The notes under the pieces were generated by a model. That model was not told the DNA's origin and made no database searches. It worked only from the letters and a program-made list of their open reading frames with translations. Shown here one piece after another: positions 61,103 to 64,000 of a stretch of 64,000 bases of DNA. The stretch is from Cyanophora paradoxa CCMP329. Its lineage: Eukaryota; Plantae; Glaucophyta. Location: the NCBI GenBank assembly GCA_004431415.1, contig QPMI01000445.1, positions 62,001-126,000 on the forward strand, written 5' to 3'. Made by a program: the position numbers and the translations under genes. Every line of letters starts with the position of its first letter. Position 1 is the stretch's first letter.

Positions 61103-61166
61103 AGGAAGGAAATCGAAAGCGATACTGACGAATTAGGAAGGAAGTCGAAAGCGATACTGACGAATT
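61103..61166. repeat. 32-bp tandem duplication (one mismatch)
   Basis: AGGAAGGAA(A/G)TCGAAAGCGATACTGACGAATT x2. Confidence 0.8.
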
Positions 61167-61310
61167 CGAAAGCGACGCATTCACAACACGGGACCCGAGC
61201 CCGGAACTCGACATGCGAAAAGCAAAGGGAAAGTGACATGGAGAGGAGCGATATGGACCTAGAGACCGAAACGAAAGGAGCGGGGGGGCGGGCGACAGGG
61301 CCCCCCGCGC

Positions 61311-63022
61311 CTACATGGAGCGCGGCACGAAGTCCTCCTGCCGAACCGAGCGCGTCAGAGGGGCGAGGGGGCGGGCGGGCAGGGGCGGGGCGGGGGCGGG
61401 CCATGAACTCGGGCCCGGCGTCGGCGAGGAGCTGGAGGGCCGCCTCGCGGCGGGGCAGGGACGGCAGCGCCCCGTTCACCGTCACCGAGAGCGCCGCCGC
61501 CGCCGTCGCCACGTACATCGCCTGCGGCAGCTGCGCCCGCCTCGGCGACGGGCGGCGCGCCGCTGCGTGTGGGCGGGAGGCGCGCACCGCAGCGAAGCGG
61601 TCGGCGGAGAGGGGCAGCGCGGCGAGCTCGGCCGCCAGGGCTCCCACAAAGGCGTCCCCTGCGCAACGGGTCGGACGAGGCGTGGGCGGAGGAGGGGCGG
61701 TGGGAGAGCGGCGGGGGCGGACCGGCGGCAGTGGTGTCGACGACGCGGGGGACGCGGAAGGCGTGCACGTGGCCCGAGCCGGCCTCGGAGAGCAGCAGCG
61801 AGCCGCGCTCGCCGAGGGTGACGAGGACGCGGCGGACGCCCTTGGCGAGGAGGGCGCGGGCGGCCTTGGTGCAGGCCTCGACGCTGGGGCGGGGGTCGAT
61901 GGGGGACGGGTCGTTGGGCTCCTTGGCGAGGCGCTGGAGCTCGCTCTCGTTGGGGACCAGCACGTCCACCAGCGCCAGCAGCTCCGGGTCCAGCTTCGAC
62001 GGCGGCGCCGGCGCCGGGTTCAGCACCACTAGCATGCCCCGCTGCGCCCCGCCGCCTCGGCCGGCGCCTTGGCGGGGTGGGGAGCGGGCGGGCGAGGCGG
62101 GCGGGCTGACCTCGCGGGCCATCTTGGCGGCCTTGATGCAGACGGGCATGGGGACCTCGAGCTGGAGGAGGAGCACGCGGGCGGTGGCGAAGGCCGGGGC
62201 GGCGCGCGCGACGTCCTCGTCGGCAAGCGCGTGGTTCGCGCGGGGCACGACGATGATGCTGTTCCGCCCCGCCGCGTCCACCACGATGTGCGCCACCCCC
62301 GTCCCGTTCTTCGCGTCCACCGTCAGGTAGTCCAGGCTGCCGCGCGGGCGCGGGCGCGCGCGCGTCGGTGTCGGTTCGGCGCGACGGCCGCCGGCGGCCG
62401 GTTCGCGGGAAGGGGCGCACCAGAGCTCCGGCTCGTTGCCGATCTCGTCCATGATCTGCTTCCCGAACGCGTCGTTGCCGATCTTGCCCACCATCACGAC
62501 GTGCCCGCCCTGCGGCCCGTCAGCGCCGCCGGCCCGCCGGCGCCGGCGAACACGCGCGGCCGCGCACCATCCTCGCACACGCGACCGCCTGGTTCATGCC
62601 CTTGCCGCCCACGAACGTCCCGAACGCCTCTCCGGTCACGGTCTCGCCCAGCTGCGGCGCCCGCGGCGCCTTCGCCACGACCTGCCGGCGCCGCTCATGA
62701 TCAGCCCCGCCCGGCGCGGCGCTGCCGCCGGGGCCACGTTCCGCGTGCGCACGTCGACATTACAGCTGCCTACGACGACGACGTTCGGCGGCACGCTTAT
62801 GGACTTCCTGCGCTGCGAGGCGGTCAGCGCCGACCGCTGCAGGCCTAGGTCGCGCTAGAGTGCCGTTCCGATAACCGGCGCGTGGCGGCACGGTCTGGCT
62901 TGTGCAACAGCGCGCGATGGACGAGGAAAAGCGAGGCCGGCGCCTACCTTGGCCGTCGCGACGAGCGCTGTCTCGCTCGAGCCGGCGCCGCTGACCATCG
63001 AACTGGAGCTGCTCTCCGACAT
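61311..63022 (-). CDS. RBKS: ribokinase (PfkB family)
   Basis: VVVVGSCNVD; GETVTG; GGKGMNQAVACARMG; GKIGNDAFG; LLLQLEVP; VLNPAPA; VPNESE; VTLGERG; VDTTAAGDAFVGAL. Confidence 0.96.
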
Positions 63023-63475
63023 GTGATGGCTAAGCCGTCGCTCACGTAACGTCGCTGAGCGGTCGGCGGGCTACCAAAAATGGCTCGGGGCCCCTCGCTG
63101 ACGCACTGCGGCAGTCGAATGATGAGGTCGTAAATGACTTTGGCTTTCTGAATTCAGGCGCTCGGAAAAGGTCCGCGCTGACAATTTGATGTTCTAGTGC
63201 TCGGCAGAGCGCGCCTGCCTTGCCAGTGAGCGAGCGGCGCCGGTCACGGCTGTGTCCCGAGTTCACGTACCCCCAGATCCGAAATGATTCAAATGAACCT
63301 CGCGCCCATCGCCCGCGGCCTCCTCGCTGTCGTGTTTCTCGTCGGCGGTGCCGCTCGCACGCGCCGGAGCGCGCCGCGCAGCCTTCTCACCCCTCGGGCG
63401 ACTGAGCTACAGCGCGGTGCACATTGATAACACTGGCATACTAGCTGCGGACAACGCTAGCTAGAAGCGGCGGTG

Positions 63476-64000
63476 CTAACTACGGGGCGAGAAGCCGCGG
63501 ACGACGCAGGCAGGGCCCTCTGAAGGGGGGCGTGCACTCCCCCTGGGATGCGGAAGATCCGCCGGCGGCGGCGCCAGAGGCGCCGCCGCTACGGCCAAGC
63601 CAGAGGCGAGACCGGGTGCCGAGGCCATCGAGGCTCTTACCGGCACAAGGATCTCGTCTAGAGATCCGCGGGGGTCATACGATCCAGGGGGGGACAAGTG
63701 GTTCTTGGGACAAGTGGGATTTCGTTGACCGCGGTCTCAGAGTCTCGTTGTCTCTCGGTGCTCGCCAGCTCGTCGGCGTTCGCATCGGCCGGCGTCCCTG
63801 TAAGGTGTGATACTCTCTGCGTCGCGACATCGACCGCGCCGTTCCGCGCCGCGCCGCAACATCCCTCTGCAGCATCGCGCCCGCCGCAGCCTACCTCAGC
63901 ACCGCCTTGGAGCTCGTCGGCAGTCTTTTGCTGCTGATGGTGCGGCGCACCCTCCCCGCGCCGCGCGCCGCTGGCCAAAACCCAACCAACCGCACCACTC
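63476..64000 (-). CDS. possible 3' end of a gene running off the window
   Basis: Short open frames separated by an intron-like segment; no family recognised. Confidence 0.2.

Overview
Gene-dense, very GC-rich eukaryotic nuclear DNA with many short (~50-90 nt) spliceosomal introns. The long Ala/Arg/Pro/Gly ORFs in the ORF track are mostly artefacts, so I spliced the genes by hand. Two genes begin with M(W)AFV-type plastid transit peptides, which points to a glaucophyte such as Cyanophora (inference). About 20 protein genes are recognisable: a beta-helix protein, cytochrome P450, an HMG-box protein, a Myb-like/KHA-like protein, PP1 inhibitor-2, mitochondrial cytochrome c peroxidase, UNC119, TilS, a kinesin, a SirB1-like protein, an STN7/STN8-family kinase, a large modular membrane lipase, a TPR-DUF4470-MYND protein, a coiled-coil protein, PIF1, a secreted duplicated-domain protein and ribokinase. 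The main highlights are: (1) a type I membrane protein made of nine one-exon-per-domain Ig/SKICH-like modules plus a class-3 lipase, a SEA-like domain and a TM helix, lying in an AT-richer island; (2) a PIF1 helicase carrying an RPA-binding-like motif and an apparently catalytically dead RNase H-like domain that is only visible after splicing; (3) a TilS that looks chlamydial; (4) frequent GC-AG and self-complementary introns, tight head-to-head gene pairs, and palindrome-saturated spacers with MITE-like repeats. All homology calls come from recognising motifs by eye; no searches were run.
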